Shown here one piece after another: positions 45,948-55,636 of a stretch of 64,000 bases of DNA (position 1 is its first letter; each line of letters opens with the position of its first letter). This stretch comes from Terriglobia bacterium. GTDB lineage: Bacteria > Acidobacteriota > Polarisedimenticolia > Polarisedimenticolales > JAIQFR01. The notes under the pieces are model-generated. The model was not told the DNA's origin and ran no database searches. It saw nothing but the letters and a program-made list of their open reading frames with translations. The stretch lies in contig CAVVHE010000006.1 of NCBI GenBank assembly GCA_963748015.1, forward strand, positions 32,001-96,000. Reading direction: 5' to 3'. The translations under genes and the position numbers were made by a program.

Positions 45948-47586
45948 ATGACCCCCACGGAGAAAGCGGCCCCGCTCCGATTCGATCCCCCCGGTCCCGG
46001 CTTCTGGGAGCTCGACCCCGTTCACTTCCCGCGCCCGGCAACGCGATACTGGATGGAGGTCCATCCCGAAGCGTTCAAGCGCGGCACGCGCGAGTTCGCC
46101 GGCTCCTACGGCATGCTGATCGACTCGCTCGAAGATGGCGTACGTCAACGGCTTCGCGTTCAGGCGCGTGAGTCCGGCCCCGGAAGACGAGATCCCCGGG
46201 CGCTTCCAGCGCGCGGACGAGGTCTACCGGCGGAAGTACTGGCGGGAGCAGCTTCGCGACTGGAACGAGAAGTTCAAGCCGACCGCGATCGAGGCTCACC
46301 GGGAGCTGCAATCGGTCGACCCCGACGGGCTCTCGGACGACGACCTCGCCGCGCATCTGAAGCGCTGCCGCGATCACCATGCGGAGATGCTCTTTCAGCA
46401 CATGCGCTTCACGGCGGCGGCGATCGTCCCGACGGGGGACTTCCTCGCGCACGTCGGCGACTGGACCGGCCTCCCTCCGTCCGAGTTGCTAGGCCTCATG
46501 CGCGGCACGTCGCCCGTGTCGGCGGGGGCGTCCGCGGAGCTCGGGGCGCTGATCGCCGCGATACGGAAGGACTCGCGAGCGCAGAAGCTGCTCGAGTCGG
46601 AAGAGGATCCCGGTCGCATGCTCGAGGCGCTGCGCGCGCTCGATCGCGGCACCGGCGCCGCCGTGTCCGCGTACCTCGACCTCGTCGGGTACCGACTGCT
46701 CGACGGCTTCGACATCTCGAACCCCTGCGCGCTCGAGCTGCCGGACGTGCTGCGCCGGGCCATTCGAGCCGCCGTCGCCGAGACGGGCACCGCCGCGTCG
46801 GACATCGAGGGCCGGATCGCGGACGTTCGCGGGAAGGTGCCCGCGCAGCATCGGGCCGAGTTCGACCAGCTGCTCGAGGAGGCTCGGCTCACCTATCCGA
46901 TCCGCGACGAGCGCGGGGTCTTCAGCGACATCTGGGCCTCCGGGCTCATGCGGCGGGCGGCGCTCGCGGGCGGCCGCCGGCTCGCCGGCAAGGGGCGGAT
47001 CCACGATGCCGCTCACTTCGTCGACGCTGGCCTCGAGGAGATGCGCGCGCTGCTGTCCGGCTCGGGCGGACCCTCCGCGGACGAACTCGCGAAGCGGTGG
47101 AATTACCGCGCGTCGCACAGCTCCAAGGAAGCGCCGCCGGTGCTGGGCCCGCCGCCTCCTCGGCCGGACCTGTCCGGGTTGCCGCCCTCCGCCGCGCGCT
47201 TGATGCGCGCGACCGGAATCGCCCTGAACGCGCTGTTCGGCAGCTCCGAGGCGCCGCACGAGGCGCACATGCTGCGCGGGCTGTCGGCGAGCCGGGGCGT
47301 TTACGAAGGGCCGGCGCGCCGGGTCTCCCATCCCTCGGAGTTCGACCGGATCGTCCGGGGCGACGTCCTCGTCACCGAATCGACGACCGAAGCGTTCAAC
47401 ATCCTCCTGCCGTTGCTCGGGGCGATCGTCACGGACAGCGGCGGCCTGCTCTCCCACTCCGCGATCGTCGCGCGCGAGTACGGGATTCCGGGCGTCGTCG
47501 GCACGCGCGAGGCGACCGAGCGCATCGCCGACGGGGCCCGGGTGCGCGTCGACGGGGATGCCGGCGAGGTCACGGTGCTCGGATGA
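45948..47586 (+). CDS. PEP-utilising enzyme: substrate-binding region plus phospho-His swivel domain (frameshift near 46133)
   Basis: MTPTEK...FWELDPVHFPRP joins MAYVNGF by a one-base shift; AIVTDSGGLLSHSAIVAREYGIPGVVG. Confidence 0.82.
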
Positions 47587-48401
47587 AGGGAGTCGTTCCG
47601 CTCGAGAAAGCGCTCGACGAGACGCTCTTCGGATCGAAGGCGGTCGGGCTCGGTCAGGCGATCCGGGACGGTCTTCCGGTCCCGCCCGGAGTCGCGCTCT
47701 CCGGCTCGATCGTCGAGGCCGTCGCAGCCGGGGAGCGAGCCGCGATCAAGGAAGTCGCCAGGTGGGTCAAGCCGCTCGGCGGCCCCCTCGCCGTCCGCTC
47801 GTCCGCCGCGGACGAGGACGGCGCCGCGGCGAGCTTCGCCGGCCAGCACCTGACCTTGCTCAACGTTCCGTCCGCCGAGGAGCTCGGCTCGGCGTTGAAC
47901 CGGATCTGGTGGTCGGCGAACTCGGACTCGGCGATCACGTACCGGCAGCGCGTCGGCCTCTTCACCCGCCCGAGCGTCGGCGTCGTCGTCCAAGCGCTCC
48001 TCGATCCCGATACCGCGGGGGTCATGTTCACCAGGAATCCCGTCACCGGGGCCGACGAGCGGGTGATCGAGGCGAGCTGGGGCCTCGGCGAGGCGGTCGT
48101 CGCGGGGATCGTGATTCCCGACCACTACCGCGTCGACCGCTCGGGCCAGGTGCTCGAGCGGAAGCCGGGACTCAAGCGGGTCGCGGTCCGCGGCGTTCCC
48201 GGCGGGGGCACGGTCGAGGAGACGGTCCCACCAGACCGCGTCGAGCGACTGTGCCTCGACGACGATCAGCTCCTCGAGCTGAACCGGCTGGCGGGCCGGT
48301 GCGAGGAGGTTTACGGTCCCGGCCGAGACGTCGAGTGGGCGATCGCGGGCGGGACCCTCTATCTGCTTCAGTGCAGGGCGATCACGAAGTCAGGGCGCTG
48401 A
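47583..48401 (+). CDS. Stand-alone PEP/pyruvate-binding ATP-grasp domain (PPDK_N)
   Basis: FGSKAVGL, AVRSSAADEDG..ASFAGQH, AGVMFT, WGLGEAVVAG, DVEWA, LLQCRAIT; ATGA overlap with the upstream gene. Confidence 0.9.
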   Translation: MKGVVPLEKALDETLFGSKAVGLGQAIRDGLPVPPGVALSGSIVEAVAAGERAAIKEVARWVKPLGGPLAVRSSAADEDGAAASFAGQHLTLLNVPSAEELGSALNRIWWSANSDSAITYRQRVGLFTRPSVGVVVQALLDPDTAGVMFTRNPVTGADERVIEASWGLGEAVVAGIVIPDHYRVDRSGQVLERKPGLKRVAVRGVPGGGTVEETVPPDRVERLCLDDDQLLELNRLAGRCEEVYGPGRDVEWAIAGGTLYLLQCRAITKSGR

Positions 48402-48467
48402 GGCGCGCGCTCACCGTGGACGACGGCGGCGCCCCACGGCGCATGCCGCGAGGGAGGATCGATCTTC

Positions 48468-48878
48468 ATGAGAGGCGCCCCCGTCAAGGTCCTGCAGCGC
48501 GTTCCGCTCTTCGCGGACCTGTCCAAGCGCGAGGTCCAGCAGATCGCGCGCCTGTTCAAGCTGCGTCGCTTCTCCGAAGGCGAGACGGTCGTCCATGAGG
48601 GCTCGGGCGGGGCCGCCTTCTTCGTGATCGAGTCCGGGGAGGCCGAGGTCGTCATCCGCGGCAAGAAGCGCGCGACGCTGAAGGAGGACGACTACTTCGG
48701 CGAGATCGCCCTGATCGACGAGGGCACGCGCATGGCGACGATCGTCGCTTCCAGCGAGCTCGTCTGTTACGGCCTCACCTACTGGGACTTCCGCCCGCTC
48801 GTGGTGGCGAACGGCCTGATCGGCTGGAAGCTGCTGCAGCGGATGGCGAAGATGCTTCGCGCCGCCCGGGAAGACTAG
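48468..48878 (+). CDS. Stand-alone cyclic-nucleotide-binding (CNB) domain protein
   Basis: LQRVPLFADL, FFVIESG, YFGEIALIDEGTRMATIVA; no HTH. Confidence 0.9.
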   Translation: MRGAPVKVLQRVPLFADLSKREVQQIARLFKLRRFSEGETVVHEGSGGAAFFVIESGEAEVVIRGKKRATLKEDDYFGEIALIDEGTRMATIVASSELVCYGLTYWDFRPLVVANGLIGWKLLQRMAKMLRAARED

Positions 48879-49109
48879 CCTCGGCGAGGCGGCGAAACGT
48901 CTTCTCGCCGCGCCTCCTGCGGCCCCTTCAAGTCCCTTTCCCACGGGGGAGTCGCGGTTCGAGCCCCGCCGCAGACACCTGCGCCGCTCGCCGCGAGATC
49001 GTGCGATGATCGCGACGCAGGGGCCCCTGCGCCCGGATGGCGGATTGCATCGAAAGCCGGCTCCCCGGATGATGGGTGCCGGGGGCGCGCGCGTTCGGCG
49101 AGGTTCGGG

Positions 49110-50828
49110 ATGGCTCAGCTCCGCTTCGGGCCGGTCCTCTCGCGGCGGCCCGCGTTCGGGATCGGCGACGCGCTCATCCTCGCGGGGATCGCGGCCCTGC
49201 TCTATGCGGGCGCGCGTCTCGCGTTCTTCGCCCCCCGCGCCATCGCGGGGCCCGAGATCTCCACCTCGCCGAGGGCCCTGCCGTGGTACGCCCTCCTCTC
49301 CGTGGGCCGGATGGCGATCGCCTACGCGCTGTCCCTGGGATTCAGCCTGGCGTACGGGTACGCCGCCGCGCGAAACGCCTCGGCGAGGAAGCTCCTGATG
49401 CCGCTCCTGGACGTCCTCCAGAGCGTGCCGATCCTCTCGTTCCTCCCCGTCGTGCTCCTCGGTCTCGGCGCGGTGCTGCCCCAGAAGCTCGCCGCCGAGA
49501 TCGCCGCGGTGGTCCTGATCTTCACCTCGCAGGCCTGGAACATGACGTTCTCGTTCTACCAGTCCCTCTCCACGATTCCCGACGAGCTTCGCGAGGCGGC
49601 GGCGATCTTCCGTTTCTCCCCCTGGATGCGCCTTCGCGTGGTCGAGCTCCCTTTCGCGGCGATCGGGCTGATCTGGAACAGCGTGATGAGCTGGGCGGGA
49701 GGGTGGTTCTTCCTCATGGCGTCGGAGATCTTCAAGGTCGGGCGCCGCGACTTCCGCCTTCCGGGGCTGGGCTCCTACCTGCAGACCGCGGCCTCGCAGG
49801 GGGACATCCGCGCGGTGGCGCTCGGGGTTCTCGTCCTCGTCGTGATCGTGGTCTCCCTCGACCAGCTTGTCTGGCGGCCGCTCCTCGCGTGGGCCAACAA
49901 GTTCAAGATCGAGACGGTGGAGGGGGAGCAGCCGCCGACCTCGTGGTTCCTGAACGCCATGGGCGGCTCGTGGCTGGCGGCCCGATTCCGCTCCGGCGTC
50001 GTCGTGCCGCTTCGCGAGCGGGCCGACCGGCTGTTCGCGTCGACGCCCGCGAGCGAGGCGCCGTCGCGCTCGGACGGCGGACGATCGCGCTGGCCCGCGC
50101 GCGCCGCCGCCGTCCTGGCGATCGCCGCGATCGCCTACGGCGCCTTCTGGGCGGCTGCGATGCTCGCCTCGGTGCCCGCGGCCGCGTGGGGGCGCATCGG
50201 CGCCGGCGTCCTCGCGACCTTCGCGCGGGTGGCGGCTTCGTTGACGCTGGCGCTCGCCTGGACCCTGCCGGTGGGCTACGTCATCGGCACCCGGCCCCGC
50301 CTGGCGAGAGTGCTCCAGCCCGCCGCCCAGGTGCTCGCCGCGGTGCCGGCCACCGCGCTCTTCCCGGTGATCCTTCTGTTCATGATCCGGCTTCCCGCCG
50401 GCCTCAACCTGGCGGCGATCCTCCTCATGCTCATGGGCACGCAGTGGTACCTGCTCTTCAACATCATCGCCGGAGCGTCGGCGATTCCCAGGGATCTGCG
50501 GGACACCACGGACCTGCTTCGCCTGGGACGGGTGGCCCGGTGGCGGACGCTGGTCCTTCCCTCGCTGTTCCCGTTCATCGTCACCGGGGCGATCACGGCG
50601 GGGGGCGGCGCGTGGAACGCCAGCATCGTCGCCGAGTTCGTGGAGTTCGGCGGCAGGACCCACGCGACGTTCGGGGTCGGCTCGGCGATCGCCCTGGCGA
50701 CCGCCGAGGCCGACTACCCCGCGCTTCTCGCCGGAACGCTCGCCCTGGTGGGCACGGTGGTGCTGATCAACCGCCTGTTCTGGATGCGGCTCTACCGCCT
50801 CGCGGAAGAGCGCTACCGCATGGATTGA
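49110..50828 (+). CDS. NitT/TauT-type ABC transporter permease with duplicated TM domain
   Basis: LDVLQSVPILSF, ELREAAAIF, SWAGGWFFL; second repeat GGAWNASIVAE. Confidence 0.9.
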   Translation: MAQLRFGPVLSRRPAFGIGDALILAGIAALLYAGARLAFFAPRAIAGPEISTSPRALPWYALLSVGRMAIAYALSLGFSLAYGYAAARNASARKLLMPLLDVLQSVPILSFLPVVLLGLGAVLPQKLAAEIAAVVLIFTSQAWNMTFSFYQSLSTIPDELREAAAIFRFSPWMRLRVVELPFAAIGLIWNSVMSWAGGWFFLMASEIFKVGRRDFRLPGLGSYLQTAASQGDIRAVALGVLVLVVIVVSLDQLVWRPLLAWANKFKIETVEGEQPPTSWFLNAMGGSWLAARFRSGVVVPLRERADRLFASTPASEAPSRSDGGRSRWPARAAAVLAIAAIAYGAFWAAAMLASVPAAAWGRIGAGVLATFARVAASLTLALAWTLPVGYVIGTRPRLARVLQPAAQVLAAVPATALFPVILLFMIRLPAGLNLAAILLMLMGTQWYLLFNIIAGASAIPRDLRDTTDLLRLGRVARWRTLVLPSLFPFIVTGAITAGGGAWNASIVAEFVEFGGRTHATFGVGSAIALATAEADYPALLAGTLALVGTVVLINRLFWMRLYRLAEERYRMD

Positions 50829-50838
50829 GGGAGACGCC

Positions 50839-52101
50839 GTGAGCGAGACCGCCCTTCTCACCGTCGACCGGGTCACGAAGACCTACGGCCGCGAGCCCAA
50901 GGTGTTCACCGCCGTCGCCGACGTCACCCTCGAGATCGAGCCCGGGCAGTTCGTGTGCCTGCTCGGGCCGTCGGGCTGCGGCAAGTCGTCGCTGCTGCGC
51001 ATCATCGCGGGCCTGAGTCCGGCCACCGAGGGGCGCGTCCTCTACCGCGGCGCGCCGCTCGCCGGCGTGAACCCCCACGCGACCATCGTCTTCCAGACGT
51101 TCGCGCTCTACCCGTGGCTCACCGTGCAGGACAACGTCGAGGTGGCCCTGCGTGCCCGGGGCGTTCCGACCGCCGACCGCCGCGTCCGGGCGCTGCGGCT
51201 GCTCGACACCGTGGGGCTCGACGGCTTCGAGTCGGCGTATCCGCGGGAGCTGTCCGGCGGCATGCGCCAGAAGGTCGGCTTCGCGCGGGCCATGGCCGTC
51301 GAGCCCGAGCTGCTGTGCCTCGACGAGCCCTTCTCGGCCCTCGACGTGCTGTCCGCCGAGGCGCTGCGCGGCGAGCTCCTCGAGCTGTGGTCGAGCCGTG
51401 CCATCCCCACGAAGGCCATCCTCATGGTGACGCACAACATCGAGGAGGCGGTGCTGATGGCGGACCGCATCGTCGTCATGGGCAAGGACCCGGGCCGGAT
51501 CCTCACGGAGATCCCCGTGAGCCTCCGGCACCCCCGCCATCGCAAGGACACCGCGTTCCAGGCGCTGGTGGACACCGTCTACGCCGCCGTCGCCGGGAAG
51601 ACCCGCCCCGACGCCGACGTCCAGCGGCAGCCCGGACGCCGCCTGCCGCGGGCGCGCCCCAACGCGCTCGCGGGCCTCGTGGAGAAGCTCGCGGCCGAGG
51701 ACGGCCGCGCCGACCTCTACCGGCTCTCCGCGGAGCTGTCCCTCGAGATCGACGACCTCCTGCCGGTCGTGGAGGTGGGGGAGCTGCTCGGGATGCTCGC
51801 GGTCGCCGAGGGCGACCTGCTGCTCTCCGATCTGGGCAAGACGTACGCCGAGGCGAGCATCCTGGCCCGCAAGGAGCTGATCGCGGGGCGCGTGCTGCGC
51901 ATCCCGGTCGTGAACCGGGTCTACGAGGCGCTGCAGCAGGACGACAACCACCGCATCGACCGCACCTACTTCCTGGGCCTTCTTCGCGACGAGTACGGCG
52001 AGCAGGCCGAGGCCGAGCTCGAAACGATCATCGCCTGGGGGCGCTTCGCGGAGTTGTTCTCGTTCGACCAGGCGACCGGCGAGCTGTACCTCGAGTCCTG
52101 A
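50839..52101 (+). CDS. NitT/TauT-type ABC ATPase with C-terminal AAA-associated domain
   Basis: GPSGCGKS, LSGGMRQ, CLDEPF, VTH; C-terminal IIAWGRFAELFSFD. Confidence 0.93.
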   Translation: MSETALLTVDRVTKTYGREPKVFTAVADVTLEIEPGQFVCLLGPSGCGKSSLLRIIAGLSPATEGRVLYRGAPLAGVNPHATIVFQTFALYPWLTVQDNVEVALRARGVPTADRRVRALRLLDTVGLDGFESAYPRELSGGMRQKVGFARAMAVEPELLCLDEPFSALDVLSAEALRGELLELWSSRAIPTKAILMVTHNIEEAVLMADRIVVMGKDPGRILTEIPVSLRHPRHRKDTAFQALVDTVYAAVAGKTRPDADVQRQPGRRLPRARPNALAGLVEKLAAEDGRADLYRLSAELSLEIDDLLPVVEVGELLGMLAVAEGDLLLSDLGKTYAEASILARKELIAGRVLRIPVVNRVYEALQQDDNHRIDRTYFLGLLRDEYGEQAEAELETIIAWGRFAELFSFDQATGELYLES

Positions 52102-52119
52102 AGCAGCGGTAAACCCGCT

Positions 52120-52734
52120 TCAGCACGCGAACGGCGCGTGTATTCCGGTGAGCGCATCGTAGAGCGCGGACGCCATGCGCTCGCAAGATTCGATCGCACG
52201 CTGCCCATCCTCCGGTCCCAGACGGTTCAGCTTCTCCGCCAACGCCTCCCGCTCGCCGTAGTCCCCGTCGTGAAGCACGAAGTACTCCCGGCAGGCGGCG
52301 GGGATCTCCGGGTAGAACTCGAGCAGCCCCTTCAGCTTGCTCCGAGCCGTACCCGGCTGCTGCGTCTCGAACGCGTAGAGCGCCCCCGCGGCCGTGGGCT
52401 CGGTCGAGAACAAGTCGCTCGACAGCGCGAGCAGCTCGGTCACTTCTCGCACGGACGGGGTGGACGCCGACTCCCCCAGCGTGCCGGCGAAGGTGTCCCG
52501 CCAGACCCGGGCGTGATGTTCCTCTTCACGCGCGTGGGCCGCGTCCCCGGCAGCGCGCCAACCCTCCGGAACGGCGGAGATGAACGCGCCGTACTCCCGC
52601 GCATAGACCCTGAGCGCGGAAACCGGGAGCCGTCCCTCGCTCCACGCGACGTAGAAGGGATGGTCCAGGAGTCGCTTCATCGCGACGCGGTCGTCGCACG
52701 CGCTCGACACGTTGTTCGCTGACGGCTCCGACAT
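52120..52734 (-). CDS. Heme-oxygenase-like diiron protein (PqqC/TenA/CADD-like)
   Basis: LLDHPFYVAWSEGRL, EEEHHARVW, ALYAFETQQP, YFVLHD. Confidence 0.78.
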   Translation of the reverse strand: MSEPSANNVSSACDDRVAMKRLLDHPFYVAWSEGRLPVSALRVYAREYGAFISAVPEGWRAAGDAAHAREEEHHARVWRDTFAGTLGESASTPSVREVTELLALSSDLFSTEPTAAGALYAFETQQPGTARSKLKGLLEFYPEIPAACREYFVLHDGDYGEREALAEKLNRLGPEDGQRAIESCERMASALYDALTGIHAPFAC

Positions 52735-52903
52735 GGCTCGCTCCTCTTCTCCACGTGCCACTCGCCGCGCGCCGAGTGCCTCGACCGCTCCCGCGTCGCT
52801 CGCGAGGGAACGGGACTATTATAGTCAACAATTAGTGGGCTGCACGCCGCCGGCCGGGCGGGCGCGGCAGGCGGCTCTCGGCTCGCGTGTTAGACTCGTC
52901 GCA

Positions 52904-55636
52904 ATGTGGGCCCCGAGCACCTGCCCGAGCTGCTCCAGCGTCCTCTCCGCGGGAAGCCGCTTCTGCGGTTCCTGCGGCCAGGCGGTGTCCCCCTCGTCCG
53001 CGCTGCCGACCGAGGATTTCGCGCGGAGCGCCGGCCCGGAGTCGGCGCGCCCGGTCCCGTCCCACTTCGCTCCCGCGGCGGCGCGGTTCGTTCCCGGAGC
53101 GATCCTCGCCGACCGCTACCGAATCGTGGGCCTGCTGGGAAAGGGGGGCATGGGGGAGGTCTACCGGGCCGACGACTTGAAGCTCGGGCAGCCCGTCGCC
53201 CTCAAGTTCCTGCCCCCCGGCTTCGACGAAAACCCGGAGCGTCTCCAGCGTTTCCTCAACGAAGTGCGGACCGCGCGCCAGGTTTCCCATACGAACATCT
53301 GCCGGATCTACGACGCCGGAGAGGCCGACGGACAACATTTCCTGTCGATGGAATACGTCGACGGCGAGGACCTCGCATCGCTCCTGCGCCGGATCGGGCA
53401 CATTCCGAAGGACAAGGCGATCCAGATCGCGCGGCAGCTCTGCGCCGGCCTCGCGGCCGCGCACGACGCCGGCGTCCTGCACCGGGACCTGAAGCCCGCG
53501 AACGTCATGATCGACGGCCGAGGGCGGGCGCGCATCACCGACTTCGGCCTCGCGGCGTTCGCCGAGGAGATCGGCGGCGAGGAGATCCGCTCCGGAACCC
53601 CCGGCTACATGGCGCCGGAGCAGCTCGCGGGCCGGGAAGTCTCCGTGCGCAGCGATCTCTACTCGCTCGGCCTGGTCCTCTACGAGCTGTTCACCGGCAA
53701 GCCGGCCTTCAGGGCGTCGTCCTACGGCGAGCTGCAACGCATGCAGTCCGAGTCTACGCCCGCGTCCCCTTCCAGTCTGGTCGAGGGGTTCGACCCGACG
53801 GTCGAGCGGGTCATCCTTCGCTGCCTGGACACGGATCCGGCGCTCCGGCCCGCCTCGGCGCTTTCGGTCGCCGCCGCGCTTCCGGGCGGCGATCCGCTCG
53901 CCGCCGCCCTCGCCGCCGGCGAGACCCCGTCCCCCGAGATGGTGGCCGAGGCCGGACACAAGGGCGCTGCCTCGCCATGGGTCTCCTGGGGCGCCCTCGC
54001 CCTGTTCCTCGTGGCCCTCGCCGGCGTCATCGCGCTGGCCCCGCGCGCGACGTTGCTGGGGATGGTTCAGCTCGACAAGCCGCCCGAGTTCCTGCGGGAG
54101 CGCGCGAGGGAGATCCTCTCGCAGGCTGGCCACGACCGGAAACCGGCCGACAGCCTCTTCGCGTTCGATGCGGACCGCGGCTATCTCGACGAGCTGCTCC
54201 GCCGCAATCCGACGGGTGCGGGCGCGGGACCGTGGGAGGGTCTCCAGTCGTCCCCCCCGCGCGGGATCCGCTTCTGGTACCGCCAGAGCCCGCGGGATCT
54301 GGAGCCGCTGAACGGGGCGACCATCGCAGTGTGGCTCGACGACCCGCCGGACTCGGCGCCGGGAATGGCGAGGGTCGGGCTCGATCCCGATGGCCGGCTG
54401 ATCTCGCTGCTGGTCGTTCCGGGAGAGCGCACCGAGCCGGAGCCGGCTCCGGCGGAGCCGGACTGGGCGCCTCTCCTCCGGGCCACCGGCGTGGATGCGA
54501 AGACGCTCGTGCCCGCGCGGCCGGAATGGGCTCCGCCGGTCTTCGCGGATCGCCGCGCCGCGTGGACGGGGTCCTGGCCGGGAACGCCGGAGATACCCCT
54601 ACGGATCGAGGCGGCGGCGGCCGGTGGCCGGCCGGTGTCGCTGCGGATCGTGGAGCCTTGGGACCGTCCCTTGGAAGAGTCCGCGCCGCCGCAGGGCCTT
54701 TGGCGTCGCGCGTCCCAGCTCGTCAACACCCTCTGGTTCGTCGTCGTGGTCGCCGCCGCCGGGATCGTGGCGCTGCGGAACGTCCGCCGCGGAAGGGGAG
54801 ACCGTCGTGGCGCCTTGAGGCTGGCTCTCTACCTCGGCGCCGCGCGGATGCTGTGGTTCCTCGGCGCGCACCACGTCGCGTCGCCCTCCGAGCTGAACCT
54901 CTTCGTCGGCCATCTCTCGTACGCCATGCAGAGGGTCGGCCTGGCCTACGTCTTCTACCTCGCGATCGAGCCGTACGCCCGGCGGCTGTGGCCGCGGATG
55001 CTCGTCTCGTGGGTGCGGGTGCTGGAGGGACGCGTCCGCGATCCCCTGGTGGGACGCGACCTGCTGATCGGGTGCGCCGCGGCCGCGCTGGGCGTGCTGC
55101 TCGGGCGCCTTGCTCGCGGGGTTCCCGCGATGCTGGGCGGGGCGCCGGTTCTGCCGCAATGGAACGAATGGAGCTTCGAGTCGCTCCGTGGGACCGTGCC
55201 GGCGTTCGTGTCCATCATGGGCATCCACACCACGGAGCTGCTGAGCATCATCTTTCCGGTCACGATGCTACTGATCTTTCGTCTTCTGCTGCGACGCACC
55301 GGTCCGGCGATCGTCGCAGTTTCGCTGCTCGCGCTGGTGATGTACTACCCCGATTCGGGGAGCATTCCCGGCTACTTCGTCGGCGCCCTCGTCGCGATCG
55401 CTCTCTTCTGGGTCGTCCTGTTCCGAGCCGGCCTGCTGGCCCTTGCGACGATGACCAGCGTCGCCTCGCTGATCGACCAGATGCCGCTGACCCCGCACCC
55501 GGCCGGCTGGTACCTGGGGACGATGCTCCTGGCGCTCGCGTTCATCGCTGCGCCGGCGCTCTACGGGTTCTGGACCTCGCAAGCGGGACGGCCGTTGTTC
55601 CGTGACGAGCTCCTGGAGCCGGCGGCCGAGCGCTAG
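52904..55636 (+). CDS. Ser/Thr kinase with N-terminal zinc ribbon and C-terminal multi-TM domain
   Basis: CPSC...CGSC; LGKGGMGEVY, HRDLKPAN, TDFGLA, GTPGYMAPEQ; one TM, an extracytoplasmic loop, then many TM helices. Confidence 0.92.
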   Translation: MWAPSTCPSCSSVLSAGSRFCGSCGQAVSPSSALPTEDFARSAGPESARPVPSHFAPAAARFVPGAILADRYRIVGLLGKGGMGEVYRADDLKLGQPVALKFLPPGFDENPERLQRFLNEVRTARQVSHTNICRIYDAGEADGQHFLSMEYVDGEDLASLLRRIGHIPKDKAIQIARQLCAGLAAAHDAGVLHRDLKPANVMIDGRGRARITDFGLAAFAEEIGGEEIRSGTPGYMAPEQLAGREVSVRSDLYSLGLVLYELFTGKPAFRASSYGELQRMQSESTPASPSSLVEGFDPTVERVILRCLDTDPALRPASALSVAAALPGGDPLAAALAAGETPSPEMVAEAGHKGAASPWVSWGALALFLVALAGVIALAPRATLLGMVQLDKPPEFLRERAREILSQAGHDRKPADSLFAFDADRGYLDELLRRNPTGAGAGPWEGLQSSPPRGIRFWYRQSPRDLEPLNGATIAVWLDDPPDSAPGMARVGLDPDGRLISLLVVPGERTEPEPAPAEPDWAPLLRATGVDAKTLVPARPEWAPPVFADRRAAWTGSWPGTPEIPLRIEAAAAGGRPVSLRIVEPWDRPLEESAPPQGLWRRASQLVNTLWFVVVVAAAGIVALRNVRRGRGDRRGALRLALYLGAARMLWFLGAHHVASPSELNLFVGHLSYAMQRVGLAYVFYLAIEPYARRLWPRMLVSWVRVLEGRVRDPLVGRDLLIGCAAAALGVLLGRLARGVPAMLGGAPVLPQWNEWSFESLRGTVPAFVSIMGIHTTELLSIIFPVTMLLIFRLLLRRTGPAIVAVSLLALVMYYPDSGSIPGYFVGALVAIALFWVVLFRAGLLALATMTSVASLIDQMPLTPHPAGWYLGTMLLALAFIAAPALYGFWTSQAGRPLFRDELLEPAAER

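Noticed and set aside
45684..48401. Single 905-aa ORF spanning the dikinase locus
   Set aside because: The middle is off-frame nonsense; the real structure is a frameshifted first gene plus a separate ATP-grasp gene starting at 47583
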